A program made the position numbers and the translations under genes. Below, one piece after another: positions 35,645-47,959 of a DNA stretch of 64,000 nucleotides. Position 1 is the stretch's first letter; each line of letters starts with the position of its first letter. This DNA comes from Psammoneis japonica (Eukaryota), in assembly GCA_008632985.1 (NCBI GenBank), contig QPGO01000229.1, positions 1 through 64,000 on the forward strand, in the 5' to 3' direction. The notes beneath the pieces were generated by a model that did no database searches, had not been told where the DNA came from, and was given only the letters and a program-made list of their open reading frames with translations.

Positions 35645-37096
35645 ATGTCGACTGAAGAAGAAAAAGCCATGGCCGAAGAACTTGAGAAAGAGAGACAAGC
35701 AAAAGAGAAACTGGTACTGGAAACGATTTCATCCTACTGTGTCAACGAAACGACAAGCTACAAAGACCTTTGCACCATTGGCGCAGCTCTCAAGGACGGT
35801 GACAAACTCGTTGCCACTGCAATATCAGGAGCAAAGACGAATTTCTCCTTCAAAGTCAATCTCGAGAAATCCCCCGATACTGCTGTTTTTGCAAAGATTT
35901 GCTTTCCATATGCTCTTTGGAATCCGGATCGAAGTGTGCACTACGACTTGAAACGAACCGAGAATGAGTATGCAATCATGAAGAAATTTACCGACATGAT
36001 GGGTGGTCCTGGCAAAGCCCCAGTTGCCACACCATATCTTTGTCTTGACGTGCATGACGGCGAGGACAAAGGCAACAACAAGTACAAGCTATTAGTTACG
36101 CAGTGGGCACCCGGCGACGAACAGTGGTGCAATCAGTTTATTGATGGTCATGTTGATTCGCGAGTCATACCTAAGTTGGCGGTGGCACTAGCGACACTCA
36201 ACTCTACACCTGTGGAGGATCCCGACTACAACGACAATGTTCGCCCCTGTTTTCGAACCATGTATTCTCTCGAGAAAATGATTTTCGGACAAATGATTGC
36301 CAGCCCGCCTCACGATGACTGCACTGCTGCGTTTCATGAGCTTGGTCAGGAAAAGTTTGACAAGATGATTGACAAGATGGAAGAGGAGTATTTGAAGAAG
36401 GTAGAGTTGTCGCATAGTGACACTGCCGTTTTCAACATCCTTGTCGAAAAGAAGCCAAGTGTCGAAGAATTGAAGTCTTTTGGAGATGACGGCTCGTTCT
36501 ATATTTGCGACTGGGAAATGTCTTTTGTTGGACCTACTGGTCGTGACGTGGGGATTTTTCAAGCTTGGCCGATTGCCGCTGCGCTGAGTCACGCCGTCCA
36601 AGGCAACAAGGCGGCAGCTTTCGAGATTCTTGACTGCCTGCAAAACTTTTGGTGTGTGTGGGCAGATGCAATGGTAGAAAAAGGAAACAAGAATGATGAA
36701 TATCTTCTCGGCGCCTTTAGAAACTCCATGGGGTGGATATCACTCTATCTCGTGCTCGCCTACTACATGATGGGTCTAGATACGGACATCCTTCCATTGG
36801 AAGGCGTTCCGGAGAATGATGCTAAGAAAGCCAAGAGTTCCATTGGGCTCATCGGGCTGAAAATGCTTGAATATGGCTTTGGTGGGTTGGATCCTGACCT
36901 TACATTGGGAGAGCTTCGTGGTCGTTACAAAGATTTGATCACCGAGCACTTTGAAATGCTCTTTAAGGTGGCTGAGAGTCGCGGTGGCCGACCCCGCCGC
37001 CGATCCTCGGTGTTACGTGAGACTGGGCGTCGTATCAGCGACGCGTCCTTCATGGAAGAAGGAGCTCGTCGAGCCTCGGCCAAATACAATATCTGA
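35645..37096 (+). CDS. APH/choline-kinase-fold small-molecule kinase, methylthioribose-kinase-like
   Basis: SGAKTNFSFKV, VFAK, Brenner-like HSDTAVFNILV, and ICDWEMSFVGPTGRDVG. Intact 483 aa ORF. Confidence 0.7.
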   Translation: MSTEEEKAMAEELEKERQAKEKLVLETISSYCVNETTSYKDLCTIGAALKDGDKLVATAISGAKTNFSFKVNLEKSPDTAVFAKICFPYALWNPDRSVHYDLKRTENEYAIMKKFTDMMGGPGKAPVATPYLCLDVHDGEDKGNNKYKLLVTQWAPGDEQWCNQFIDGHVDSRVIPKLAVALATLNSTPVEDPDYNDNVRPCFRTMYSLEKMIFGQMIASPPHDDCTAAFHELGQEKFDKMIDKMEEEYLKKVELSHSDTAVFNILVEKKPSVEELKSFGDDGSFYICDWEMSFVGPTGRDVGIFQAWPIAAALSHAVQGNKAAAFEILDCLQNFWCVWADAMVEKGNKNDEYLLGAFRNSMGWISLYLVLAYYMMGLDTDILPLEGVPENDAKKAKSSIGLIGLKMLEYGFGGLDPDLTLGELRGRYKDLITEHFEMLFKVAESRGGRPRRRSSVLRETGRRISDASFMEEGARRASAKYNI

Positions 37097-37808
37097 GCCA
37101 GCAAAAGTCGTAAAAGTTTTGAAATAATGTGTTGAATCTACCGCAACAGAGAGAAGTGGGGTGGTCTCCAGTGGGCCGCTCTAGTTAGAAATTTATGTGT
37201 TGTCTCCTTTCGATTTCCGCCGAGCATGTTAAAATGCACAGCATCGATTTGATAGTGAAAATTTTGAACTTGCTCTGATTGCAATTAGAAGTAGCAACGG
37301 TCCGCAGAATGCGGATGGCTATATTGATTGATTCCACGTGACATGACACGACAAGCTCTTGCCAAGATAGTCAGGAGTAGCAAGTTTGATGCGGTGCGTG
37401 ATCCTTGGCGGCAAACCCGCGATCGGTGTGCTTCGTGTGTTTTGAATCACATTAGCTTTCTCGGCACGGAGTCTTGCGGTCCAGAGGTGGGAGGCAGCCC
37501 ACAGGAAAACATTTGCTTTGTCTGCTGAAAGCACAAAAGATGAAGGTGGGAAAGGCCCATGGCAATGCAGGTCAGAGGGCTTGGATTGCGATGCAAGTGG
37601 AATTGGAATAACAACCGAATATTTGCGATTTTGGGTCGCCCATACTTTCTTGTGGCGGCAGGTCGCACTGCTACCGATGCCGGAGAATTCAGCTGAAGTC
37701 TCTTCCAGTAGGCCCTACACGTCTATTGACAATGACGAGTGCCAGTTGGCTACGAACTAGATTTCTGACATGTAAAAGGTATTCAGTTAGATATTAAGCA
37801 AGAAACTA

Positions 37809-39122
37809 CTACTTTCGTAGAAGATTTCTACCACTGCGAGTACTACCTCCGGCGCTGATGATAACGTTTCCAGCAACACGACGCCCTGCCTTGGCTGCGC
37901 CATGAACCGTAGCTTGATCATCGCCTTCCGTATGCTCCCCAGCGAAAAAGATCTTGTCTTGAACAGAAAGGTTCAATTCTCGATGCGTCCAGGAGTAATC
38001 TGCCATGTCGTATGAGTATGCCCCTTTCACGAAAGGCACGTTGGACCAGTTCATGACCAAGTGTCTGCGATAATGCATCGACGCCTTCCCGTCGTAAATG
38101 TCGTCAAGCATTTGCAAGAGGTCTGACACCAACTCTTCCTCCTCTTTCTTGACCCACGCCGTTGCACCTGGACTAGCATGGAAATAACAGAGCAAGTTTC
38201 GGTTCTCAACGCCCTTCCTGAAGAGTGGATCGAAGAAAAAGTCTTCCGATTCGTCGTTCAGAAATGACCACAACGGGGACAGGATCTGCATGTCGGGATA
38301 GAAGTCTTTGTCAAATTCGAAGTAAACTTTCATCCCATCAACCATCTCAACGTTATCAATGGCCTTTTGTTTCTTTGAAGGAAGCGAAGGTACGAACTGA
38401 ATATCTCCAGCTTGCATAGTTGCGATCGATGATGTCACAACTACTTTGTCTGCCTGAAACTCTCTTCCATCCTTTGTCTGAACTGATATCAAATCTCTCG
38501 AATAGTCAATCTTTGAAACCGCAGCATTGTATTGGATCTTCTCGCTGACATACGGAAGTATGTATGTCTTTAAGTAGGAGTGCCATGTTGTGTTCTTGAA
38601 TTTCCACTCGCGGTAAAAGAACCTAATCCAATTTCGCTTTCTGTTCTTTCCATTTTTCCATACTCGATAGGTCTGAGGCTGATAGGCAATCGTTTCAACG
38701 TCCACTTTCTGTTCTGGAAATAGGAGAAGGTCCTGGAGAATACTAGGGTGTGCATGAATCCACTCTGCGCCGCCGTCGAGCGGTACCTCTTCCAAGAAAT
38801 CGATTTCTCGAACTCGACCCCCGACATCATCCGCGGCTTCTAGAACCTGAAAATTGTCAAAGCCAAGATAAGAAAACGTATATGCGGTGAAAAGACCTGT
38901 AAATCCTGCCCCAACAATAAGGACTGGTTGATTAGCCAATGCACTGGCGTCTGACACTGGAAGAGGCTCCACATCAGCGTAGTAAGGATCCATGAATACT
39001 AATGCCGCAATTATCACTGCCAAGAAGAACACCGCGGTACAAAAGATAAGGAGGCGGAGTCTAAGAACACGAATTAGAGTTTTGATGTGTCCCGAAAGGC
39101 AATAAAGTTTGCAGTTTGTCAT
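37809..39122 (-). CDS. Flavin-containing amine oxidoreductase
   Basis: VLIVGAGFTGL (GxGxxG), LEAADDVGGRV, GAEWIH, WSNVPFVKGAYS, FFAGEHT and TVHGA. N-terminal TM/signal segment. Confidence 0.85.
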   Translation of the reverse strand: MTNCKLYCLSGHIKTLIRVLRLRLLIFCTAVFFLAVIIAALVFMDPYYADVEPLPVSDASALANQPVLIVGAGFTGLFTAYTFSYLGFDNFQVLEAADDVGGRVREIDFLEEVPLDGGAEWIHAHPSILQDLLLFPEQKVDVETIAYQPQTYRVWKNGKNRKRNWIRFFYREWKFKNTTWHSYLKTYILPYVSEKIQYNAAVSKIDYSRDLISVQTKDGREFQADKVVVTSSIATMQAGDIQFVPSLPSKKQKAIDNVEMVDGMKVYFEFDKDFYPDMQILSPLWSFLNDESEDFFFDPLFRKGVENRNLLCYFHASPGATAWVKKEEEELVSDLLQMLDDIYDGKASMHYRRHLVMNWSNVPFVKGAYSYDMADYSWTHRELNLSVQDKIFFAGEHTEGDDQATVHGAAKAGRRVAGNVIISAGGSTRSGRNLLRK

Positions 39123-39727
39123 TTGCTTTCCTTATCTTCGCGACAAAATTGTGAGAGGATGGAAAGGCAAGGCACTCAAGTCGTGTCGTGACTTCACTAT
39201 GGTTAGCCATCTACCGGTAGAGTCGTCGTGACTCGTGACTCGACGTCACGAGTGAAGTCGTCTGTGAAGGATTGAGATCGTGCAAAATTTGCTGCGACTG
39301 GCAGGCACAACTACTCTTGCCCTACTCACAAGCTCTAGAGTAGACACTGTTACAGTCAGAATGGGATGCTCTCTCTAGGATAGAGGCCTGTTATAACTAA
39401 AAAGTAACAAGCAAGCGAGGGGACGTACTCAAAATGTGAGCAGCCACCGGTAGCAGCCACCCACCGCAAGCACCGCACTGCCGCGCCACGCGCGTACGCA
39501 CTCGACTTCAACTTGGACAGTACAACCGACCAATCCTGATTCTCGAAACGACGGGATGGGGACAGGCCCTGGATTCGATTCCACGTGGAATGCCATGAAT
39601 CACATTGAAAGATCCTTCTCCACATCTACAGTTAGTATCGTCAGAGCGTCAGAGTGTTCTTCGTGCGCATTCGCAATGATGTTCTACTAGCGGCGTCGCA
39701 CTCATGTACATTCAAAATCGTTGACTG

Positions 39728-41658
39728 ATGAGTTGCATAGAGAAACGTTCAAGTCGGTGCCGTATGGAGGGGCGTCTTCTAAAGAGAGCTCCGTTTACGG
39801 GTCGTCTACACAAAACGTTCTCGGCTTGCGCTGTTTTCCTATGTCTTACTCTTCACAGAGTTCATCTATGCGACGCTTTCGCCCCAAGTCACAGAATAAT
39901 ATCTCCCGCTTATCCGCTCCATGGGATTGAATTGTCTTTGATGAAAGGCGACAATACCAATTTAGACGAATTGTCTCACGAAACAAATGGATCGTTGGAT
40001 GATACCTCAATTTTTTCTACGAGTGACGACACTGCGCGGCCGACGCAGCCCTTTCGGGCAAAAGCGTACACTCTCACACTATCGGCAATAATTGGGGCAC
40101 TCTCTGGTCTCAACATTGTTGTATTCAAGCGGTCGGTCGCGTTCCTTCGTGACACATGCTACGGAAATCCTATTATTGATGACCACATTCCGACGCTTTT
40201 CATCCCGGCGCTGGGTGGACTGGCTGTTGGTCTTTAATTTTGTTTGGCGGCGACTTCCCTCCGGGACTGAGACAGACGGTTGAAGAGCTAGACAATGATG
40301 TTTTGTTGGAAGCCGGATTAAAAACGTCAGCAACAAACGGATACAGCATAAACTGTGACGAAGAACGCAACGACTTGATTAGATATGCTCGCAAGGGCTT
40401 AGCGGCCGTCTTCACGTTGGGTACAGGAAATTCCTTGGGACCAGAAGGACCAGCGGTTGAAGCGGGCATGTCTGTGAGTCGGTTGTGTACCTCAGTTGCA
40501 CCTCCATCATTTCTTTTCGGCGAAGACAAAGTCGGCTGGGACGAGGCAGCTACTGTCATTGCGCGCAATCGGCTTCTGCTATCTTGTGGTGCAGCTGCGG
40601 GCGTGTCTGCTGGTTTCAACGCTCCTGTGAGTGGCGTTTTCTTTGCTTTGGAGATTGTGCAAGGCGCTCTGTCTCCCATCAGTATCCCAGCACAAGGTGA
40701 CGGTGCAAAGAACGACAGCTCAGAAGGTCGAGAAAGCAGTGTAGCTCAGGCGTCGCTAGCTTCGGAATCAATCAGCATCAGCGCCATTCTTCTTTCTTCC
40801 GTCGTTTCGGCTCTAGTGTCAAAGGCGTTTTTAGGAAACGAGTTGGCGCTTCATGTGTCATCATACGAACTAAAGAATCCTTTGATTGAGTTACCGTTGT
40901 ACTTGTTGCTCGGTGGGCTTGCAGGACTTGTCGCAGCGATGTTCAGTGGTGCAGCACAGTTTTCTAAATCCATTTTTGAAGGAAGCGTTGGGCCTGAAAT
41001 TGTGCGAGACTTCTTTCAGGCGTGTCCAAAGTATGCCAAGCCGCTTATCGGATCATTGGTTTGCGGCGTGGTCGGCTTGGCATTCCCGCAGATTCTTTTC
41101 TTTGGATACGAGACGCTCAATGCATTGCTCGCTTCACAAACTGTTCCCACGGTTGAAGTGTTTGCTTTGCTTGCTGCAAAGACCTTAACCACCGCTATTG
41201 CAGCTGCGTCGGGTCTTGTGGGTGGCACCTTTGCGCCGTCACTTTTCTTGGGCGGCGTTTTAGGAGCAGCTTTCCATAATATTGCTGTCGCAACGATGAG
41301 TTTTGCGCATGACACAGTCCCATTGCTCGGCGATGTATCCGTAGAGTTGTCCGCACTGCCAGCCTATGCAATGGTGGGAGCTGCGAGCGTCCTCGCAGCG
41401 TTGTTTCGAGCTCCTCTCACAGCGAGTTTATTGCTGTTCGAGTGTACAAGAGACTACGACGTAATTTTGCCTCTAATGGCAAGCGCTGGTGTAGGCAGCT
41501 TGGTAGGTGACATTGTCGAAAATGCGCTCGAAGAACAGAGAAGAGATGTAGACTCGGTATCATGGGGTGATCTTGCCATGATCAACGAGGATGCAGACGA
41601 CGGTTGTGTTGTTGAGTTTGAAAGGGAGGAAGAGGACGTTTTGCCTCAAATCAAATAA
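39728..41658 (+). CDS. ClC chloride channel/antiporter, probably plastid (CLC-e/f-like); frameshift near 40235
   Basis: Leader ending DA-FAP. TLGTGNSLGPEGP, GAAAGVSAGFNAPVSGVFFALE, GLVGGTFAPSLFLG and FRAPLTASLLLFE. Confidence 0.85.
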
Positions 41659-42086
41659 TATGTAGGCTTTCTCAGCGTTGGGGCGTGGGATATGGAGGTG
41701 GCTTGATTCTCGAGTTCTTATCTTCCGTTTTGCGGCCGCCGTGGTTTACCTGTGCGAGCTTACTCGCAGCAAGCTCCTACCAGTCGAGCAACTGCACAGG
41801 TGGCCAGGTCCGATTTTTGTTTTGTCCCACTATTTTTATTTTGATGCATGCAACAAGACCCCTCAGTTGTCCGTTCCAAGTCTTTGATGGTTTCGCGAAG
41901 AAGTCGCCGTCTTTTATTTCAGCGACCGTACTGCGTTCGTGATTGCCCTGAATTCGACCATTCAATCCCGCGCGCAAGCGTGAACAAAACGTATTTTGTG
42001 CGCAAAGCGATAACGTGGTTCGAATTTTCGCGTTGCTTTTCACACAATTCTCACAATCCAATTTTAACACTACCTTGCTAAGAACA

Positions 42087-43229
42087 ATGGTGATCTCATG
42101 CTTTGAGCGATTGGGCATCTCTCGTAACGACGCGTCGGAGCGTGAAATCAAACAAAAGTATCGTCGACTAGCGTTAGAAACTCATCCGGACAAAGTGCCG
42201 CCAGAACGTCGAGAAGAGGCGAACGCACGATTCAGGGAGATCCATGAAGCGTATGAGGAAGCAATGGAGTACGTTCGCTGCCATGGTGGTCGGGATCAGC
42301 CGAGTTCCTCCTCCTCCGGTACGACGTCCCGCGGTCGCAGCACAAACAGCAGCACTGCTCAAAAGGAGGAGACCAAAGAGTCACCCCGCAAGAAGTCTAA
42401 CAGGTATACCTCAGACTCTGACATAAGAAAGGCGTTCAATGACGTTTGTGATGAGTTAGATAAAGAGAGAGATGCGAGACTCCAGAAATCATTGATAAAA
42501 CTCTCTCATTCCGTTGAAACGACGTGGCTCGAGTGCAGTGGCGACGTAAAAGCATACCGCGTAATTCTTTCCTCCATAAATGCATCTGTCGGTGACCTCG
42601 GCGACCTCAGCGAGCATTTTTCATCTTCAAGACCACGCCTATCCATCTTTCTGAAGGAGGAGAAGAAACGGCGGCTGCGGGAGTCAACATTGAAATGGGA
42701 AAGGGAGTATGCAGAGAATGCAAAAAGGATTGACGAGCAGTGGCCGTTTCAGGCAGCTAAATTAGAAGCGTGGGCATTGAAGAAGTGGTCGCTCCTCGAC
42801 TACGCAGACGTTGCTCAACGAGTGCGAAATCCTGAAGCGGCCGAGGCGGTTCTTCGTTGGAAACAGGAACGTAGTGAGGCAATAGGAAAGAGGATGATTC
42901 GAGATCGCAAGAAAGCTGCTGCCTCTGTGGTCAAAGCTTTTCCTGACATAGCGAAGATTCACAGCATTTTGGAGAAGGAAATGTCTTCTGAACGCCGAGA
43001 GATTTGCAAACTCCTCCCGGATGAAATTTATTGCCACGTCATTATGCAGCCTTCTGGGCGGTCGCAGAGGAACGCTGGGCCCGAGGAGGCTTCCAAGGCC
43101 ACGGCGTCCAACGGATCAGCAAGCAGGCACAAGAAGACGGCGGGTAAGCGCAGATCCAAGCAAGGAGCAACCAAGGTCGATCTCACGCTCGACCAACTCG
43201 TCGGAGAGTTGTTGGGTATCTTCGGATGA
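42087..43229 (+). CDS. J-domain (DnaJ) protein
   Basis: LGISRNDASEREIKQKYRRLALETHPDK...FREIHEAYE (HPD motif). Confidence 0.85.
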   Translation: MVISCFERLGISRNDASEREIKQKYRRLALETHPDKVPPERREEANARFREIHEAYEEAMEYVRCHGGRDQPSSSSSGTTSRGRSTNSSTAQKEETKESPRKKSNRYTSDSDIRKAFNDVCDELDKERDARLQKSLIKLSHSVETTWLECSGDVKAYRVILSSINASVGDLGDLSEHFSSSRPRLSIFLKEEKKRRLRESTLKWEREYAENAKRIDEQWPFQAAKLEAWALKKWSLLDYADVAQRVRNPEAAEAVLRWKQERSEAIGKRMIRDRKKAAASVVKAFPDIAKIHSILEKEMSSERREICKLLPDEIYCHVIMQPSGRSQRNAGPEEASKATASNGSASRHKKTAGKRRSKQGATKVDLTLDQLVGELLGIFG

Positions 43230-43489
43230 TTTCGAAGGATTGTTGGGACGTCGAACATGTTATAACCATTCAAAGAATATTTTGTCACCACCCTTTTATT
43301 CAGATAGCGTGATCTTTTCCCACATCTCATTATTGACTGAACTGATGTCTTGTAGACAACCGCCAAAATCGAGTATGGTCACACGACGCCCGGAACGACT
43401 ACTAGAGGGAAAACTCACTCTGAACGTGCGGGCAGGAGCCGGTGTCGTCCGACATGAGTGCTCCGCACAACAAAACACTTGCCAGCTAG

Positions 43490-44658
43490 CTATGGGTGGC
43501 ATTCAATAAGATGCAACACATGGGGTTTCGAGAATGGCATGTTTGTCATTTCAGCTTCCACAACCACTGAAAATAATGAATGCAACCCATTCATAAATGC
43601 CTCGTGCGCATCTCTTCCTCTTTGTTGATATGAAATGATAACAGTGAAGGGATTATCGATATCCTTGGTGAGTGCTTTCATGGTGCTCAGTAACGGAGCA
43701 ACAAGCTCGTACACCCATACGCAATCTGCCAAGACGAGAACTTCAGCTTGCCACGAAGCGTCGCCCGTTTCAGAACCCATCTCTTTCATGGATCGAGGCT
43801 GAAACCAATCACAATCCATACATTCGATTCGTCTGCAACCCGAAGACATGATTTCTGACTTGTGACGATTCACATTCTCTCTCATTAAATCTAGAGCGTA
43901 CGGCAAGTCCGTCATCACCACTTCGTCCGCCCCCAACAAACCAGACACAATACCGACGATGCCACAACCAGATCCAAGTTCCAGTACGCGCTTCCCTCTT
44001 ACCTATAGTTTGGATGAATAAAATGAGAGAATAGCTACTAAAAGCTCAAAAATGTCTGTCGAAAATCACAGTCAGGAACAAAAGAATACATACCAACTTT
44101 GGGCGTTGCTCCAGGTATTTGACCCTTTCGAGTGAGGCAGACAACGGTCAACATTGAGAATGAGGCTTTGTTTGTATTCGACACATCCCGAAATTCTTTT
44201 ATGGGCGGGGATACTCACAATAAGATGGCACCATCCCAAACATTCACGCCGGTACCAGCTCCGTGCTGATTTTTCATTTCCTTTACAACAACTTGCTTGC
44301 CGGCAACCTCAATCCCCACCGAGTCGTCATATGCATAAAAGCGACCAGTAATTGCAAGCTGGGAATCAGAAATTTTCTTGTTGTAGATCGACACGACAAC
44401 GCACTCGGCGACCAAACTTGTTTGTAAGGTCTGTATTATGCAATCCGAGCAAGGACACAAAGTCTCCCTTGGATGCATCATATATTTCTGCTGCGCCAGT
44501 AGGTTGGTCGTCTCCTCTCGTTTCATTTTTGCAGCTCGCCACTCGTGCATAATTGCGTTATACAAATCCTCACCCGTACAGCTGCCATCTACTCGAACCT
44601 TTTTAATTTGATGCGAGTCTCGCCCATCGGAATACTCAACCACGGCGATAAGCGCCAT
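43490..44658 (-). CDS. METTL21-like class I SAM-dependent protein methyltransferase, multi-exon
   Basis: GTGVNVWDGAILL, RVLELGSGCGIVG (43955-44000), VVMTDL and VLVLADCVW. Confidence 0.8.
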
Positions 44659-45516
44659 CTTTAAATACACACCCAAGATGATTAGATGCCAAACGCCCAA
44701 AGCTGAAATCAGCCGAAGGTCGAAGTCGCACGAGAAAACGCGGGAAAGAAAATCGCGATGAGGGTGGACGGACGGACGCATGTGGAAGTGGTCGTACAGA
44801 CAGACGGCCACTGAATTTCTTGATCCAGCCCAGATTTGTGATGCAACTGAAACCCTTCTTCCATCTTTAGAAGTAGCTCTACTACTAGAGGCTTTTAAGT
44901 CATCAGGAGCAAATGTGATGCCAATCATAAAAAAGGTAAGGAAGGACAAACACAGACTGGTCCGTTGCCTTTATCTCGATTTCAGAAACTGCTTTTTCTT
45001 CGCCAGTTGTCCTTTTTCTGCTCACACCATTTTCTTTCCTGTGTGATAGGAGATTCGCATTGCAACCAACCATATACAGTAGGGCTATGCTACTTCAACT
45101 TGCGCTACGAGAAGCTAAGGCCTGAAGCCATACCGGTACCTCCGGCCTCAGTCGGGGCCATCCATGTTGATTATGTCTAGGGGTTTGTTCTTTGTGCATG
45201 CATTCACACCGGTGCGGTACCGGCACCGGTAGGTTCCTAGCATGCGAAGAAACAGAAGTTTAGTGTTTAGAAATCCGGTTTTTGAACGCCACAAAGCTCA
45301 AATTTACTTTACAGACCAAACAAAGAGCGCGGCTTTCCCAATGCGAACGAAACTCCGCCTCCTTTGTTGCTCCCCACTACTGTCTTCCATGCTGATGGCA
45401 TACAAAGTTAGCCCCATCTATGTTGGTGCATAACTCTACAGTAAAGTCCACCAACACAGGGAAACACCTACGAATAATTCTAAAAGGCCTTGGCGTAGCT
45501 TGTCTCACTACGTTTT

Positions 45517-45957
45517 TCAGTCCAGCTTCTTCGCTGTGGCGTTAGCAAGAGCTGTGTCCTTGGATTCTTGTCGAAACTTGTGTAGTTTGTCTTGGATATC
45601 CACCAGTCTGTTCAAAACAAAGAATAGGAAAAGGCCCATTCCCGTTATGAAAGCATTCCGTTCTTCTCGAAACATGCCAGCGCGAACCTCACAGGTCGGA
45701 GCCACGTGCACGGGCGTTAATATTCCAAAGTCGTAGAGCGGATGCAGCAAGGCGCCACAAATGAACCAAAAATAAAAGGCATTAATAATAAGCAGGGCAA
45801 TCGCAGTGTAGTGAACCGGCTTGTACTCCCAGAGTCCCGCGACAAACGTGGTAATGGAACGTCGAGTTTCATTGGAGGGCATTGGCAAGCACATGAGAAT
45901 TACGAGAATCAACTCGACAATCATGAATAAGAACAGAACGAGGTAACCTGGATCCAT
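45517..45957 (-). CDS. BAP31/BAP29-like ER membrane protein
   Basis: Three TM helices, FREERNAFITG motif and a C-terminal dilysine KKLD. Confidence 0.8.
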   Translation of the reverse strand: MDPGYLVLFLFMIVELILVILMCLPMPSNETRRSITTFVAGLWEYKPVHYTAIALLIINAFYFWFICGALLHPLYDFGILTPVHVAPTCEVRAGMFREERNAFITGMGLFLFFVLNRLVDIQDKLHKFRQESKDTALANATAKKLD

Positions 45958-46269
45958 TGTCTGTTGTAGTCTTGTCCCTTTATTGGCGAACGGAGGAAGC
46001 AGAAACGGGATCGGCGGGAGAAAGGAATGGCGAATACCACCACGACAAGAAAAAAGTAGAAAACGCCAACGCCGCAATCTCCAAATCTGGAAATCCACGA
46101 TCCAGATTTGTCGGCGATCGACACGATGTCGATCGACGGGCGGGCGGCGGGGGCGGGCGGACGACAAAACGAGCCGAGCACGCCGGAGAGTCTGTCCTGG
46201 CTTCACAGAAAGCCACACGCATTGTGATTGCCATGCCGACCGCACCTGTGCTAGAGTAGAGAGCGTGAC

Positions 46270-47650
46270 AAGGACACACCAGCTTGGAGGTTGGAGGATG
46301 GACCATTGTTTCAGACCGGCGATTTGGGTTGTGACATTTTCTCATTCGTCCGTTTGCAGAGAGCTTCCAGGGGAATTGTTTGTGACCTCCTGTGAGGGGT
46401 CCCAACCGCAGGAGTGGAGAGGAAGCCACCAATGCAGCAAAAAATGCCTCAACACCCACCAAATCCCAAGCTGGATGCAGAGGGTGGGAGAGAGATGGGG
46501 GGGGGCATGCTGAAGCTCCTGACTGTGAGAGGGGAGACACGGCCCAAATGAGAACACAACAAGAGACACAACTCCAACGGCCAACAACTGCACAGCTGTT
46601 TGCTGACTTTGCACAGACCTGCAGGGCCATTGGCAGGAGTGGGGGGGGGGGGGCTTTGTTGGTGCACTCTGCTGCAAAAAGTGCCTCTCCCAGAATCCAA
46701 GCAGGAGGACAAGGGCCTCCAGAGCTTTGTCCATGTGCAGAGCAAAGTGATGATGATGGCACAAGGGGCAAAGGGGACAAAAGAGTTGCGATGGAGGGCA
46801 AGGTTGTGGGCCAGGATCAAAGGGGGCTTCAGCTCTGGAATGAAGAGCAAAAAAGCACCCTCCAGTTGGCCAACATGCACTGGCTGAAATGTTGCAAAAT
46901 GATGAGCTCTGCCTGCAAAATGCAGCAGGTGCAGAAAGCACTTTGTCAAAGCACAGTGTGCCCAGCCCAAATGACAGACCACATTGGCATCAACTTGGGC
47001 ACACAGCAACCCTGCTGGTGGATTGGTCGCTCAAAGACAGCATGAGGAGGAGAGGGGTTGGAGGCACCACAAAGCCAAGGTCTTGGGGGCCAAGCAAGTG
47101 CCAGGCAGCAGCACATGGAAAATGGAGGTGACATCCACAGAGGGGTGACTTGGTGCATGCATCCATTTGACAAAAATGAGCAGATGAAGGTGTGTCTGGA
47201 AGCAGGAAGCATGCCACAACAGGGTGCACAGCAGGTGTGAGCCTTTGCACATTTGTGCAGAGGCCTTGTCAAGCAGGTGTGTCAGCAGTCAGCTGGAGGT
47301 CATCCCACAGATCGTCAGCCCAAATCTTGATTGCTGCTCATCAGCCAGCACAGTGTTGGCTGCAGGTCTGTGTGGATGATGAGTGTCCATGCCCCATGCT
47401 GCCAAACAACCTGCTTGTGCAGCTGTGAGTTGGCCATGTCACCCTGCCCCCTCATGCCATTCATTGACAATGAGGCCCAAGAATTAATCAGGAATCATGC
47501 CATCATGTCCCGGAACCAAGAGGCCAGCATGCAGTCACTTGTGGCCTGGAGCAACAACTTTTCTTGAGAGCCACGGCCATGTGAGACTGTGCTCAACATT
47601 GTCGTCCTTGATTCTAAAAATTGCTTTTCATTTCATTGCAAGGAGTCCAC
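46270..47650. mobile_element. Unidentified repeat relic with TpA- and CpG-depleted composition
   Basis: Abrupt compositional island between BAP31 and NOS. Tyr-free ORFs in many frames, poly-G runs, no recognisable domain. Confidence 0.45.
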
Positions 47651-47959
47651 TTCATTCTTGAAGTAAAGACCACACAGCCTGGAAAATGGGTGCAGTGAGG
47701 GAGAGCGAAAGGCGAGTTGTCGGAAGCGGTGAAGAGGCGGAAAAAGAGGAAAGAGGTGATGTGCTGTGCCGAGCGCCGCCAAAAAGGAGAGACCTCGTGA
47801 AATATGTCCAGACAGCTCCCAGCAGACTGACCGATAGAGTCAACAGAGCAGGACTACACCATCAACGGCAAACTCTCTACACTACTTGACTTAACGTTAC
47901 ACACGAACAACTGTCTTACACCCGAACCCCACGTACGCACTATTCAAACGACTTGAGCC

